64,000 nt of DNA from an uncultured Gammaproteobacteria bacterium. Lineage in GTDB: Bacteria > Patescibacteriota > Microgenomatia > JAMCZE01. Shown piece after piece: positions 19,274 to 28,399 of this stretch (position 1 is its first letter; each line of letters opens with the position of its first letter). The position numbers were made by a program, and so were the translations under genes. The stretch lies in NCBI GenBank assembly GCA_964609775.1, contig CAZSSJ010000002.1, forward strand, positions 19,260 through 83,259, given 5' to 3'. The notes beneath the pieces are model-generated. The model saw nothing but the letters and a program-made list of their open reading frames with translations, was not told where the DNA came from and made no database searches.

Positions 19274-20350
19274 ATGAAAGTTGGCATCTATAGCCCCTAT
19301 TTGGACACTTTGGGTGGGGGAGAGCGCTACATTTTGACCGCTGCAGAATTTTTCCTCCACAGAAAAGATAGTGTCGACATTTTCTGGGATAAGGACAGCG
19401 ACTTGCAAGATATGGCCGCCCGTTTCGGACTTGATCTGAAAGGTGCCAAGTTTGTCTCCAATCTTTTTTCCGGAAACTTCAGTTTTTGGCAAAGACTTAG
19501 AAAAAGTTACCGATACGACTTAATTCTGGTTCTCTCGGACGGTAGCATCCCTTTGACGCTGGCAAAGAAAAACTTCATCCATCTTCAAGTCCCATTTCAA
19601 AAATCCAACCGGCCAAAAATAGTCAACCGCCTTAAGCTACTGACATATAAAGCCGTCCTCTGCAATTCATATTTCACTAAAAAGATTATCGATCAGACCT
19701 ATGGCATAACCAGTAGTGTTCTCTATCCGCCTGTTGATGTTAACCGTTTCCAGCCGGGGAAAAAAGAAAAAGTGATTCTTTCGGTGGGTCGCTTCTTTGC
19801 AGCCAGGCACCTGCACAATTTTGCCCCAAAAAAGCACCAAGAAATGATTAGCGCCTTTGAGGAGCTAATTGATTCCGGTCTTAAAGACTGGAAACTTCGC
19901 TTGCTAGGAGCCAATTCTCCCGATCAGCAAAGTTCCCTTGAGCAGTTAAAAAAAATTGCCCAAAACTACCCGATTGAAATTTCGTCCAACGTTGACTATG
20001 AAGATTTAAAGACCAGCTTCGCCCAGGCCTCTATATATTGGCACGCCGCCGGTTTTGGTGAGGATCTGGATAAACACCCAGAAAGAGCCGAGCACTTCGG
20101 CATTACCACTGTTGAAGCGATGGCCTCGGGCGCTGTCCCGGTTGTCTTTGCCGGCGGCGGCCAAAAGGAGATCATTCAGGACTCGGTCAATGGTTTGTTT
20201 TGGCAAACCCCAGGCGAGCTTCAGACCAAAACTATTCAACTCATCAAAAATCAATCTCTAACACGGAAACTAGCTGAAAAAGCCCTCATCAGGTCACGCG
20301 ATTTTAGTAAGCAAAAATTTTTCCGTTCTTTGGAAGACCTCTTGAAATGA
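19274..20350 (+). CDS. GT4 (group 1, GT-B) glycosyltransferase
   Basis: N-terminal MKVGIYSPYLDTLGGGERY. C-terminal EHFGITTVEAMASGAVPVVFAGGGQKEII (E-x7-E type motif). It is the first gene after an 86-bp gap. Confidence 0.8.
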   Translation: MKVGIYSPYLDTLGGGERYILTAAEFFLHRKDSVDIFWDKDSDLQDMAARFGLDLKGAKFVSNLFSGNFSFWQRLRKSYRYDLILVLSDGSIPLTLAKKNFIHLQVPFQKSNRPKIVNRLKLLTYKAVLCNSYFTKKIIDQTYGITSSVLYPPVDVNRFQPGKKEKVILSVGRFFAARHLHNFAPKKHQEMISAFEELIDSGLKDWKLRLLGANSPDQQSSLEQLKKIAQNYPIEISSNVDYEDLKTSFAQASIYWHAAGFGEDLDKHPERAEHFGITTVEAMASGAVPVVFAGGGQKEIIQDSVNGLFWQTPGELQTKTIQLIKNQSLTRKLAEKALIRSRDFSKQKFFRSLEDLLK

Positions 20351-22557
20351 GAAAAAAAATATTTTTCCTTCCGTTGATATTTCTTATCGTTTTTGCGGCT
20401 CTTTTTTATTCTCCCCTAATTTTAGAAAAAAAACTTCCCATTCCGGCGGACACCATCGTCGGTCTGTATCACCCCTGGCGGGACTATTTTTCTAAAAATT
20501 ATCCAAACGGAATTCCCTTCAAAAACTTTCAAATCACCGACTCCGTCCGGCAACAATATCCTTGGCGAAGCCTGTCAATTGATCTGATCAAAAGGGGAGA
20601 GGTGCCAAGGTGGAACCCCTATTCGTTTTCGGGCACTCCCCTGCTGGGGAATTTTCAATCAGCTGTATTCTATCCCCTCAACATCCTCTACCTCTTGGTG
20701 AGCGATTTTGCTTCTGTTTGGGCCATCCAGGTGGTCTTGCAAACAGTTTTGGGTGGAATTTTTATGTGGGCCTATCTCCACAATCTGAAGCTAAAACCTC
20801 AAGCGCAAGTTCTGGGAACCTTGGCCTGGGTCGGCAGCGGATTTTTTATCGCCTGGCTGGAGTGGAACACGGTCGTTCATGTGGCCATCTATTTACCGCT
20901 GGTTCTACTCACTATCGATGAAATCATTCTGGAAAAACATTCCCCCCCAAAAAGCATTTTTTGGCCTTTTGTCTTTGTGGGCGCTTTAGTCAGTAGTTTC
21001 TTTGCTGGATATCTGCAGCCGTTCTTTTATGTCTTTATAACCAGCTTGGTTTATCTGTCAGCCAGAGTGTGGCAGACGAAGAAGTTTCAAAAGCTCCTGC
21101 TGTTTTCAATTCTGTACGTCCTTTTCTTTATCATTAGTCTTCCTCAACTGATCCCGACCTTAAGTTTCATAAATTTGTCCGCCCGCGACGTTGACCAGGC
21201 AAATTGGACTCGGCCCGACTGGTTCCTCCCTTGGCAAAACTTAATTCAGCTCGTTGCTCCCGATTTTTTTGGCAATCCGGCGACTCTCAATTATTTCGGC
21301 GTTTGGAACTATCAGGAGTTTGTCAGTTTCATTGGCACCGCACCACTTGTTTTCGCCCTGGCAGCCCTTTTTATGCGCCGCGATAAAAAGACGCTTTTTT
21401 GGGGAGCTCTTTTGACCTTGACCTTAGTCTTCGCCTTACCCACGCCAATTGCCAGGTTGCCGTACGTTTTAAAATTGCCCTTTCTCTCAACTGCCCAACC
21501 ATCAAGAATAATAATGCTGGTAGACTTTGCCCTGGCGATCCTGGCCGCACTTGGCCTGGATCACTATTTGCGAAAATCCCCGCGCGCTCCTTTGGGCAGT
21601 ACCTTAATTGTTGTTTCGGCCCTGGCTCTTCTACTTATCTTTACTTATAAGTCAGGCCTGCTGGTCAGTCAGAGAAATCTCATTTTACCCCTGGTAATAA
21701 CCGTCGTCGTTTTCTTCCTCCTTTCCGTCGTCCATTTGGTCAAAAAAACTAAATCCGTCATCGTCCTGGCAATTCTCATCCTTACCTTATTTGACTTGCT
21801 TCGTTTTGCGACAAAGTTTGAACCGTTTTCGCCCAGAGAATATCTTTACCCTTCAACAAAAATACTTTCTTTTCTTGAGGGCAAAGCAAAAGAAGAAGTC
21901 TTTCGAGTGGCTGCCCTGGACGATCGCATTTTGCCCTCAAATTTTAATGTTGCTTATAAAATTCAGATGGCCGCTGGCTACGATCCACTTTATTCAAAAC
22001 GCTACGGACAATTTATCGCCTCACTTGAGCGGGGAAAGCCCGACATCTCCCCGCCTTGGGGATTTAACAGAATTATTACCCCCAAACTTGTCGGCAGTCA
22101 CCTTTACGGCCTTTTAAACACCAAGTATGTCCTCTCTTTTGTTGATTTTCCTCAGTTCAAACTTCTTGCTAAAGAAGGGGACACCTATCTATTTGAATAC
22201 CCGGACGCTCTTCCCCGGGCCTTTTTTGTTTCCCGGACGATAAATGCCATCAGCGGTAATGAAGCCATAAGCAAAATATATTCTTCGGACTTTGATTCCC
22301 GAAACAGTGCCGTGGTAGAAAACTTCCGCACCGCTGCCTTTACGACCGGACAGGCAAAGATAACTTCCTATACGGAAAATACTGTCGTGCTTCAAACGCA
22401 AAATACCTCTGAGGGCTTCCTAGTGCTGCTGGACGCCTATTATCCTGATTGGCATGCCACTGTTGATAGTGTTCCTACTCAGATCTATATTACAAACTAT
22501 ATTTTCAGGGGCATAAAAGTGCCACGCGGGAATCATCTCGTGAAATTTCAAATATGA
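20347..22557 (+). CDS. YfhO-like GT-C membrane glycosyltransferase (paralog 4)
   Basis: ATGA overlap. Motifs: VPRWNPYSFSGTPLLGNFQSAVFYPLN and C-terminal LLDAYYPDWHATVDSVPTQIYITNYIFRGIKVPRG. Confidence 0.6.
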   Translation: MRKKIFFLPLIFLIVFAALFYSPLILEKKLPIPADTIVGLYHPWRDYFSKNYPNGIPFKNFQITDSVRQQYPWRSLSIDLIKRGEVPRWNPYSFSGTPLLGNFQSAVFYPLNILYLLVSDFASVWAIQVVLQTVLGGIFMWAYLHNLKLKPQAQVLGTLAWVGSGFFIAWLEWNTVVHVAIYLPLVLLTIDEIILEKHSPPKSIFWPFVFVGALVSSFFAGYLQPFFYVFITSLVYLSARVWQTKKFQKLLLFSILYVLFFIISLPQLIPTLSFINLSARDVDQANWTRPDWFLPWQNLIQLVAPDFFGNPATLNYFGVWNYQEFVSFIGTAPLVFALAALFMRRDKKTLFWGALLTLTLVFALPTPIARLPYVLKLPFLSTAQPSRIIMLVDFALAILAALGLDHYLRKSPRAPLGSTLIVVSALALLLIFTYKSGLLVSQRNLILPLVITVVVFFLLSVVHLVKKTKSVIVLAILILTLFDLLRFATKFEPFSPREYLYPSTKILSFLEGKAKEEVFRVAALDDRILPSNFNVAYKIQMAAGYDPLYSKRYGQFIASLERGKPDISPPWGFNRIITPKLVGSHLYGLLNTKYVLSFVDFPQFKLLAKEGDTYLFEYPDALPRAFFVSRTINAISGNEAISKIYSSDFDSRNSAVVENFRTAAFTTGQAKITSYTENTVVLQTQNTSEGFLVLLDAYYPDWHATVDSVPTQIYITNYIFRGIKVPRGNHLVKFQI

Positions 22558-23237
22558 AACTTTCCATCATCGTCCCAGCATATAACGAAGAAAAAACCAT
22601 TACTAAAGTCATCGATAAGTTATTGCGACTAAAAATCCGTGGTTGGCACAAAGACGTAATTGTCGTTGACGATGCTTCAACCGATCAAACACTCCAGCTT
22701 TTAAAAAACTACCGGGGAAAAATTACCCTCATCCATCACTTAGCCAACCGCGGAAAAACGGCGGCCATAAGGACTGCTGTTCGTCAGACAAGCGGTGATT
22801 ACATCATCATTCAGGATGCCGATCTCGAGTATGATCCCAAGGATATTCCCCTTCTGATTCGCGCTCTCGGTGATAGTAAAGACGCAGTTGTCTTTGGCTC
22901 CCGATTTGCAACGTCAAAGTATGTCGACACTGTCTTTGGTCACAAATTCGGCAACAAGTTGCTGACTCTTCTGGCAAATTTGCTCTACAGGTCAGACATT
23001 TCAGACATGGAAACTTGTTACAAACTCATTCCGGGTCCATTTCTTCGAAGCATCACCCTACAATCTGACCGTTTTGGTTTTGAACCGGAAATTACGGCCA
23101 AGGTGCTTCGAAGTGGGAGAAAAATCAAGGAAGTGCCTATTTCCTATGTCAAAAGATCAGTCACCGAAGGAAAGAGTATCCGTTGGTGGCGCGACGGCTG
23201 GGCCACGGTAGCCATACTGATTCGCTATCGTTTATGA
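22554..23237 (+). CDS. GT2, DPM1-like (soluble polyprenyl-phosphate sugar synthase candidate)
   Basis: ATGA overlap. Motifs: LSIIVPAYNEEKTI, VVDDASTDQT and IIQDADLEYDPKDIP. 227 aa with no TM segment. Confidence 0.7.
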   Translation: MKLSIIVPAYNEEKTITKVIDKLLRLKIRGWHKDVIVVDDASTDQTLQLLKNYRGKITLIHHLANRGKTAAIRTAVRQTSGDYIIIQDADLEYDPKDIPLLIRALGDSKDAVVFGSRFATSKYVDTVFGHKFGNKLLTLLANLLYRSDISDMETCYKLIPGPFLRSITLQSDRFGFEPEITAKVLRSGRKIKEVPISYVKRSVTEGKSIRWWRDGWATVAILIRYRL

Positions 23238-24859
23238 AATTTCTAATCCTCTTTCTTATTGTAATCCTGGCCTTTTTACTTCGCTTCTATCAGCTCTCAA
23301 CAAATCCCCCGGGCCTCAATCTCGACGAAGTGGCCATCGGTTACAATGCCTACTCTATTCTCCGTACTGGCAGAGACGAGTATGGCAAATTTCTCCCGAT
23401 TGTTTTTCGCTCCCACGACGACTACAAACCACCCCTATACATTTATTTAACCGCGCCTTCAATCGCCGTCTTTGGGGTCAATGAGTTCGCCGTTCGGTTT
23501 CCCGCCGCGCTTTTTGGGACCCTGTCAGTGCTGGCAGTATTTTTTCTCAGCCGGCAACTTTTTTCTTCCTCTAAATTAGCCTTGCTGTCTTCTTATTTTT
23601 TGGCGATTTCCCCCTGGCACTTGCAATTCACCCGAGCGGCATTTGAAACTGGCGTGACGGTTTTTGCCACCGCCGTTGGGGTTTTCTTGTTCCTTCGCGG
23701 GCTAACGAAAAAGAGTTCCGCCTCCCTCATCCTCGCCAGCCTCGCCTTTGGATTGGAACTCTATCTCTACCAGGCTGCCAAGGTTTTTATTCCTCTTCTT
23801 GTCATCGCTCTTCTGGCTCTCAACCTTCAGAAAATTATCAACCAGAAGAAAAGAGTCCTTGTTTTCGTCTTCATTTTTGCAACTTTCTTCCTTCCCGTTG
23901 CCTTCCTTTCCACAACCCGCGCGGGCCAACTTCGCTTCCAAGGAACGAGTATTTTCAAAGAGTATCTCCCATATGCCCATGCTCAGTCCTGGAGAGAAGC
24001 CGATCAACTCTCCGGGAGTACTTTTGCCGCCTCTCTTTTCCATCCACGCTTTTTAACTTACCTTCCCTCAGTCATTTCCGGATACCTGTCCCACTATGAC
24101 CTCACCTTTCTCTTTGTCGGTGATCACGGCCCGCCGAATAATTATGTCCCTGGAGCGGTTGGTCTTCTGTATCCCTGGGAGATCCTCGCGGTCATTCCTG
24201 GCTTGTATTTTCTTGCCCGACGTTTTCGCCCCGCCTCGCTAGTCGTCTTTGCTTGGTTTCTTCTGGCTCCCTTGCCGGCTTCCGTGACCTCCGGCGTCCC
24301 TAGTGCCACCCGCACCGCACTCAGTCTTCCTATCTATCAGATCATCACCGCGCTTGCCATTGTTGTGTTGTTAAATATCATCAGGAACCATTCACGCTTC
24401 TGGGCAAACGCTTCTTCCTTGGCCTTTTTGCTTCTGACTGTCCCCATCGTCACCTATTACCTGCATATGATGTTTTTCCATGCCCCTCGGGACTATTCAG
24501 ACATTTGGTTTTATGGCTATAAAAACGTCGTTGCCGAGACGGCTCGCCTTGCTCCAAACTATCGTCGGGTGGTTGTTTCCACGGCGCTAAAACAACCCCA
24601 GAATTTTTTCGCTTTCTTTTTACGCTATGATCCCTTGACCTACCTGCGTGTTGACGGGGGAACCGTTTCTGGCGGTTTTAAGGAAAACCGAAATCACTTC
24701 GCTAAGTTCAACTTCACTTCCTCTGATTGGGAGACGCTTCTCAAAGAGAAGTCACTCTTATTTGTGGGTTTGGTAGATGACTTTCCTGATAGCATTACCC
24801 CCATTAAGACGTTTCACTATCTTAATGGCAAGCCGTCAGTTATGATAGTGGGAACGTAA
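23234..24859 (+). CDS. PMT_2/GT39-like GT-C glycosyltransferase (array member 1)
   Basis: ATGA overlap at 23234 (MKFLILFLIVILAFLLRFYQL). Motifs: LNLDEVAIGYNAYSILRTGRDEYG and SHDDYKPPLYIY. Confidence 0.65.
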   Translation: MKFLILFLIVILAFLLRFYQLSTNPPGLNLDEVAIGYNAYSILRTGRDEYGKFLPIVFRSHDDYKPPLYIYLTAPSIAVFGVNEFAVRFPAALFGTLSVLAVFFLSRQLFSSSKLALLSSYFLAISPWHLQFTRAAFETGVTVFATAVGVFLFLRGLTKKSSASLILASLAFGLELYLYQAAKVFIPLLVIALLALNLQKIINQKKRVLVFVFIFATFFLPVAFLSTTRAGQLRFQGTSIFKEYLPYAHAQSWREADQLSGSTFAASLFHPRFLTYLPSVISGYLSHYDLTFLFVGDHGPPNNYVPGAVGLLYPWEILAVIPGLYFLARRFRPASLVVFAWFLLAPLPASVTSGVPSATRTALSLPIYQIITALAIVVLLNIIRNHSRFWANASSLAFLLLTVPIVTYYLHMMFFHAPRDYSDIWFYGYKNVVAETARLAPNYRRVVVSTALKQPQNFFAFFLRYDPLTYLRVDGGTVSGGFKENRNHFAKFNFTSSDWETLLKEKSLLFVGLVDDFPDSITPIKTFHYLNGKPSVMIVGT

Positions 24860-24866
24860 GACACCC

Positions 24867-26402
24867 ATGGCCCGAGCAAGCTCCATCGTTTTACTGTTAG
24901 TAGTTATTCTGGCGAGCCTCTTGCGGTTGTATCGGATACAGACCAACCCGCCCTCACTCTATCGGGACGAAGTTTCGATCGGCTACAATGCCTATTCGAT
25001 CATCAGCACCGGCAAAGACGAGTGGGCAGCGGCCTTCCCGCAAACCTTTAAATCGTTCGGTGATTATAAATTGCCTTTGTATATCTATCTCGTGGCCGGA
25101 CTGGAAAAATTTCTTGGGCCGACTGAACTGGCCGTCCGCCTGCCCTCAGCACTTGCCGGCATTCTTTCTGTGGTAGTGATGTTCTTTTTAATGACTGAGA
25201 TAAAACTGTTGGTGTTAAAGCACTACCCCGACTTTAAATTTCTCCGCGGCTACACTCTAGCGCTTCTTTCGGCCTTGCTGTTGTCAATTTCCCCCTGGCA
25301 CCTCCAGTTCTCCAGGGCCGGCTTCGAAGCCGGTCTTGGTCTTCTGTTTTTGACGGCTTCGCTGGTCTTTTTTTTACTCTCGCTGCGAAAAAGCAGTCAC
25401 TTTTTCCTTCCCGCCGTCATTTCTGCTGTCGGGTGCTTTTACAGCTATCACAGCGCCGCTTTTGTCCTTCCCTTTCTCGCTCTCGCCGCCATAGCGATCT
25501 TTTTTCGCCCAGTCTTTTCCCGGGGGAAAATTGTTCTTGTTGGGCTCATCCTCGGAGCCGTCCTTTTAATGCCTTACCTTCCCCAATATTTCTCTGCCGG
25601 AACAAATCGAGTCGCTTTCACCGGTATTTCCGTTGTTAACCAGAAAGGGGACGTGCTTTCTAACTTTGTCCAAAATTACGTGGCCAACTTTTCCTTTGAC
25701 TATCTCTTTTTCAAGGGCGACCAGGAAGGCCGGCACTCCGTCAAGAAGCTCGGGGAACTCTATCTTTGGCAATTCCCGGCCGTTTTGGCCGGAATTTATT
25801 TTCTCCTTCGCTTCCGTTCAAAGGCCAGTGTTCTTCTCTTTGTCTGGCTGCTTGTCAGCGCCCTCCCCGTCGCCCTCACCCGCGTCTCCCCCCACGCCCT
25901 AAGAAACCTCATGGCCGTTTTTCCCTGGCAAGCCGTCTCGGCCTTCGGCCTCCTCTATGTTTTGCGCAAAACAAGAGCCGCCGGGGGCTTTATCTTTGCC
26001 ATAATCTTTGTTTATGCCCTGGTAACCTATCTTCACCAATACTACGTCCACTATCCCGTCTCCTATGCCGCCGATTGGCAAGATGGTCAAAAACAAGCAG
26101 TCACCTTCCTAAAACAGGTGGAAAAGAACTACTCCGAAATCTTTCTGACCAAAGATCTCTACCCTATATATTTAAAGTTCTTTTTGCCCTACCCTCCGCA
26201 GAAACTTCAAGAAAGCAGCCACAACGAAAGCCAATTGGGCAAATATAAATACCTAACTCCCGCCCAAGCCCCAAAGAAAGAATTTCCCGACCGGACTTCT
26301 CTGATGATTGCTCCTTCCTGGATGGGCTCCGATGTCATGCGAGCTCTCCCGTCGATTAAAATGACTAACGGTGATGTTGCCTTTCGCGTCTATGAATTTT
26401 AA
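24867..26402 (+). CDS. PMT_2/GT39-like GT-C glycosyltransferase (array member 2)
   Basis: Motifs: LYRDEVSIGYNAYSIISTGKDEWA, FGDYKLPLYIY, SPWHLQFSRAGFEA and NYVANFSFDYLFFKGDQEGRH. Confidence 0.65.
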   Translation: MARASSIVLLLVVILASLLRLYRIQTNPPSLYRDEVSIGYNAYSIISTGKDEWAAAFPQTFKSFGDYKLPLYIYLVAGLEKFLGPTELAVRLPSALAGILSVVVMFFLMTEIKLLVLKHYPDFKFLRGYTLALLSALLLSISPWHLQFSRAGFEAGLGLLFLTASLVFFLLSLRKSSHFFLPAVISAVGCFYSYHSAAFVLPFLALAAIAIFFRPVFSRGKIVLVGLILGAVLLMPYLPQYFSAGTNRVAFTGISVVNQKGDVLSNFVQNYVANFSFDYLFFKGDQEGRHSVKKLGELYLWQFPAVLAGIYFLLRFRSKASVLLFVWLLVSALPVALTRVSPHALRNLMAVFPWQAVSAFGLLYVLRKTRAAGGFIFAIIFVYALVTYLHQYYVHYPVSYAADWQDGQKQAVTFLKQVEKNYSEIFLTKDLYPIYLKFFLPYPPQKLQESSHNESQLGKYKYLTPAQAPKKEFPDRTSLMIAPSWMGSDVMRALPSIKMTNGDVAFRVYEF

Positions 26403-26820
26403 CTTTCTCTGCACTAAGGACTGGATCCTCGGCGATGTTCCCCTTCAGCTCTGGGAAGCAACCACCGCCGATGGTCCCACCGCGAACGCTTTGCTGACTC
26501 GGTTTCTCCATAATAAGCCGATGTTTTATTTGGACAATTTTCTCCGCTGCTATCTGTCCTATCTTTCGGCAGACTTTTTGGTCAAAGCCTTCTCTCTCTT
26601 AGGATTAGGACTTTTCATTTTCGGAGTCTACCAAGCCATCCGACAGCGAAGAAAATGGCTGTTAAGCATTGTTCTAATGACCCCGTTGTTCCCCCTTTTT
26701 CAATTTCCCGCGGCTAACTTAGCCCAGGGAGTTCTTCTTTATGGTTCACAATTAGCCCTGATCTTGTTTGGTCTCCAACAACTCATTAAAATTCTAATAC
26801 AAAAATTCCGTGCGCCTTAA
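26374..26820 (+). CDS. Small membrane protein resembling the central segment of the flanking GT39-like paralogs (relic or mini-gene)
   Basis: 148-149 aa (GTG 26371 or ATG 26374). NFLRCYLSYLSADFL..LLGLGLFIFGVYQAIRQRRKWLLSIVLMTPLFP..PAANLAQ parallels NYLSHLDPAFLF..PFIILGLIYLIRHRPKYLALLLIWFVLSPVPA of the gene at 32907. It lacks the DE loop. Confidence 0.4.
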   Translation: MLPFASMNFNFLCTKDWILGDVPLQLWEATTADGPTANALLTRFLHNKPMFYLDNFLRCYLSYLSADFLVKAFSLLGLGLFIFGVYQAIRQRRKWLLSIVLMTPLFPLFQFPAANLAQGVLLYGSQLALILFGLQQLIKILIQKFRAP

Positions 26821-28399
26821 GCTACTTTTAATCAGCATAGTTCTCTTAGCCGCCATTCTCCGGCTCTATCGTTTGGCCAATGCCCCCCCCAGTCTCTACT
26901 GGGACGAAGCCTCAATTGGCTATAACGCCTACAGTATTGCCCAAACACTTCGCGACGAGCACGGCGAATTTTTGCCTCTGACGCGTTTCATCGCTTTTGG
27001 TGACTATAAACCACCGGGCTACATCTACGCTGCTGCTCTCTCCGTTAAGCTTTTTGGGCCAACGGAGTTTGTAGTCCGTCTACCCTCCGCTGCAGCAGGA
27101 ACTCTTTTGGTTCTCGTCAGTTTTTATCTCGCCCGAATGCTTACAGGAAACGCCAAACTAGGCCTGGTGACGGCCGCGCTTTTGGCTGTTTCTCCCTGGG
27201 CCCTCCAATTTTCCCGGGGCGCTTTCGAAGCCAATTTAGCCACTTTGTTTTCCTCTGCCGGACTCTACTTTTTTGTCCGAACCATTCGCACAAAAACACT
27301 TGCTTCGGGCATCTCTAGTGCCGTTTTTTTCGCGCTTTCCCTGTACACTTTTAATTCCCACCGCGTCTTTGTCCCAGCAGTCATTGGTGCTCTGGGTCTA
27401 ATTTACTTTCGGGAGATTTGGCGCAGCAGGGGACAATGGTTAGTTTTTTTGTTAGCTCTACTTCTTCTGCTTGCTCCCCTAATCCCTCATCTGCTTTCCC
27501 GCGAGGGACAGCTTCGCTTCTATGAAGTTACTTGGCTAAACGATCTCGCCCCCATTGAACTTTCTAATTCGCGGACGGCTGTCGACGGTAACACCTGGTG
27601 GTCAGGATTAATCCACAACCGGCGGATCATTTTTTCCCAAGAGTTTCTGAAGCACTACACCGACCATTTCCGGGCTGAATTTTTGTTCTTCTCCGGGGAC
27701 GTCAATCCCCGGCTGTCGATCCAAACTGTCGGCGAAATGTACTGGCTGGATCTACCACTCCTCTTGATTGGAGTCTTCATCTTGGTCAAAAAGCGCCGCC
27801 GGGCCGCTCTTGTTCTCCTCGCCTGGGTTGTCCTTTCTCCTGTCCCCGCCGCCACCGCCCGCGAAACCCCCCACGCCCTACGCATCCTCCACATCCTGCC
27901 CTCATTGCAAATCGTCGCTGCCTTTGGCCTTTTGACCTTTTGGAAACTAGATTCCTTTAAAAAAATCCGTCTGCTTCTCGTCCCCATTTATGGTCTTTTT
28001 ATCATCATGTATCTTCATGACTATTACGTTCACTACCCGAAATTCTATTCCTCCGACTGGCAGTACGGCTATAAAGAAATGGTAGGTTTTGTTTCTTCAC
28101 TCCAGGACAAGTACGACCACATCAGTGTTACTGACACTTTGGGCAGACCCTACATCTATCTACTGTTCTATCAAAAATACCCCCCCGAAAAATACTGGGC
28201 AAACCGTCAGGTACGCCGCGATTGGTATGGCTTTTGGTACGTCGACGGCTTTGACAAATATACATTTGGAGGTCCGTTGCCTCCTGGCCGTTCGCTCATC
28301 GTTTCCGGTCCGCAGCCAATTCCCGGCAATTGGCAGCTCCTGAAGTCCGTCACTGACCCGCAAGGAAACACCGTCTTTCAAATAAGCGAAAAGGACTAA
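26810..28399 (+). CDS. PMT_2/GT39-like GT-C glycosyltransferase (array member 3)
   Basis: GTG start at 26810. Motifs: LYWDEASIGYNAYSIAQTLRDEHG, FGDYKPPGYIY and SPWALQFSRGAFEA. Confidence 0.65.
   Translation: MRLKLLLISIVLLAAILRLYRLANAPPSLYWDEASIGYNAYSIAQTLRDEHGEFLPLTRFIAFGDYKPPGYIYAAALSVKLFGPTEFVVRLPSAAAGTLLVLVSFYLARMLTGNAKLGLVTAALLAVSPWALQFSRGAFEANLATLFSSAGLYFFVRTIRTKTLASGISSAVFFALSLYTFNSHRVFVPAVIGALGLIYFREIWRSRGQWLVFLLALLLLLAPLIPHLLSREGQLRFYEVTWLNDLAPIELSNSRTAVDGNTWWSGLIHNRRIIFSQEFLKHYTDHFRAEFLFFSGDVNPRLSIQTVGEMYWLDLPLLLIGVFILVKKRRRAALVLLAWVVLSPVPAATARETPHALRILHILPSLQIVAAFGLLTFWKLDSFKKIRLLLVPIYGLFIIMYLHDYYVHYPKFYSSDWQYGYKEMVGFVSSLQDKYDHISVTDTLGRPYIYLLFYQKYPPEKYWANRQVRRDWYGFWYVDGFDKYTFGGPLPPGRSLIVSGPQPIPGNWQLLKSVTDPQGNTVFQISEKD

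Noticed and set aside
25766-26248. 160-aa alternative-frame plus-strand ORF rich in Pro, Arg and Ser inside the GT39-like gene 24867-26402.
   Set aside because: It is out of frame with a strongly supported CDS in a locally GC-rich stretch, and the composition is typical of an off-frame artefact. There is no independent start context.
26883-26890. C8 homopolymer near the 5' end of a GT39-like gene, plus several C7 tracts (e.g. 13110, 16890, 20942, 31462, 32980), considered as phase-variation tracts.
   Set aside because: All of them encode conserved Pro-Pro dipeptides (APPS, KPPLY, FPPT, etc.) with CCC codons. They are explained by codon usage and protein motif conservation. C7-C8 is common here, so it is not an outlier.
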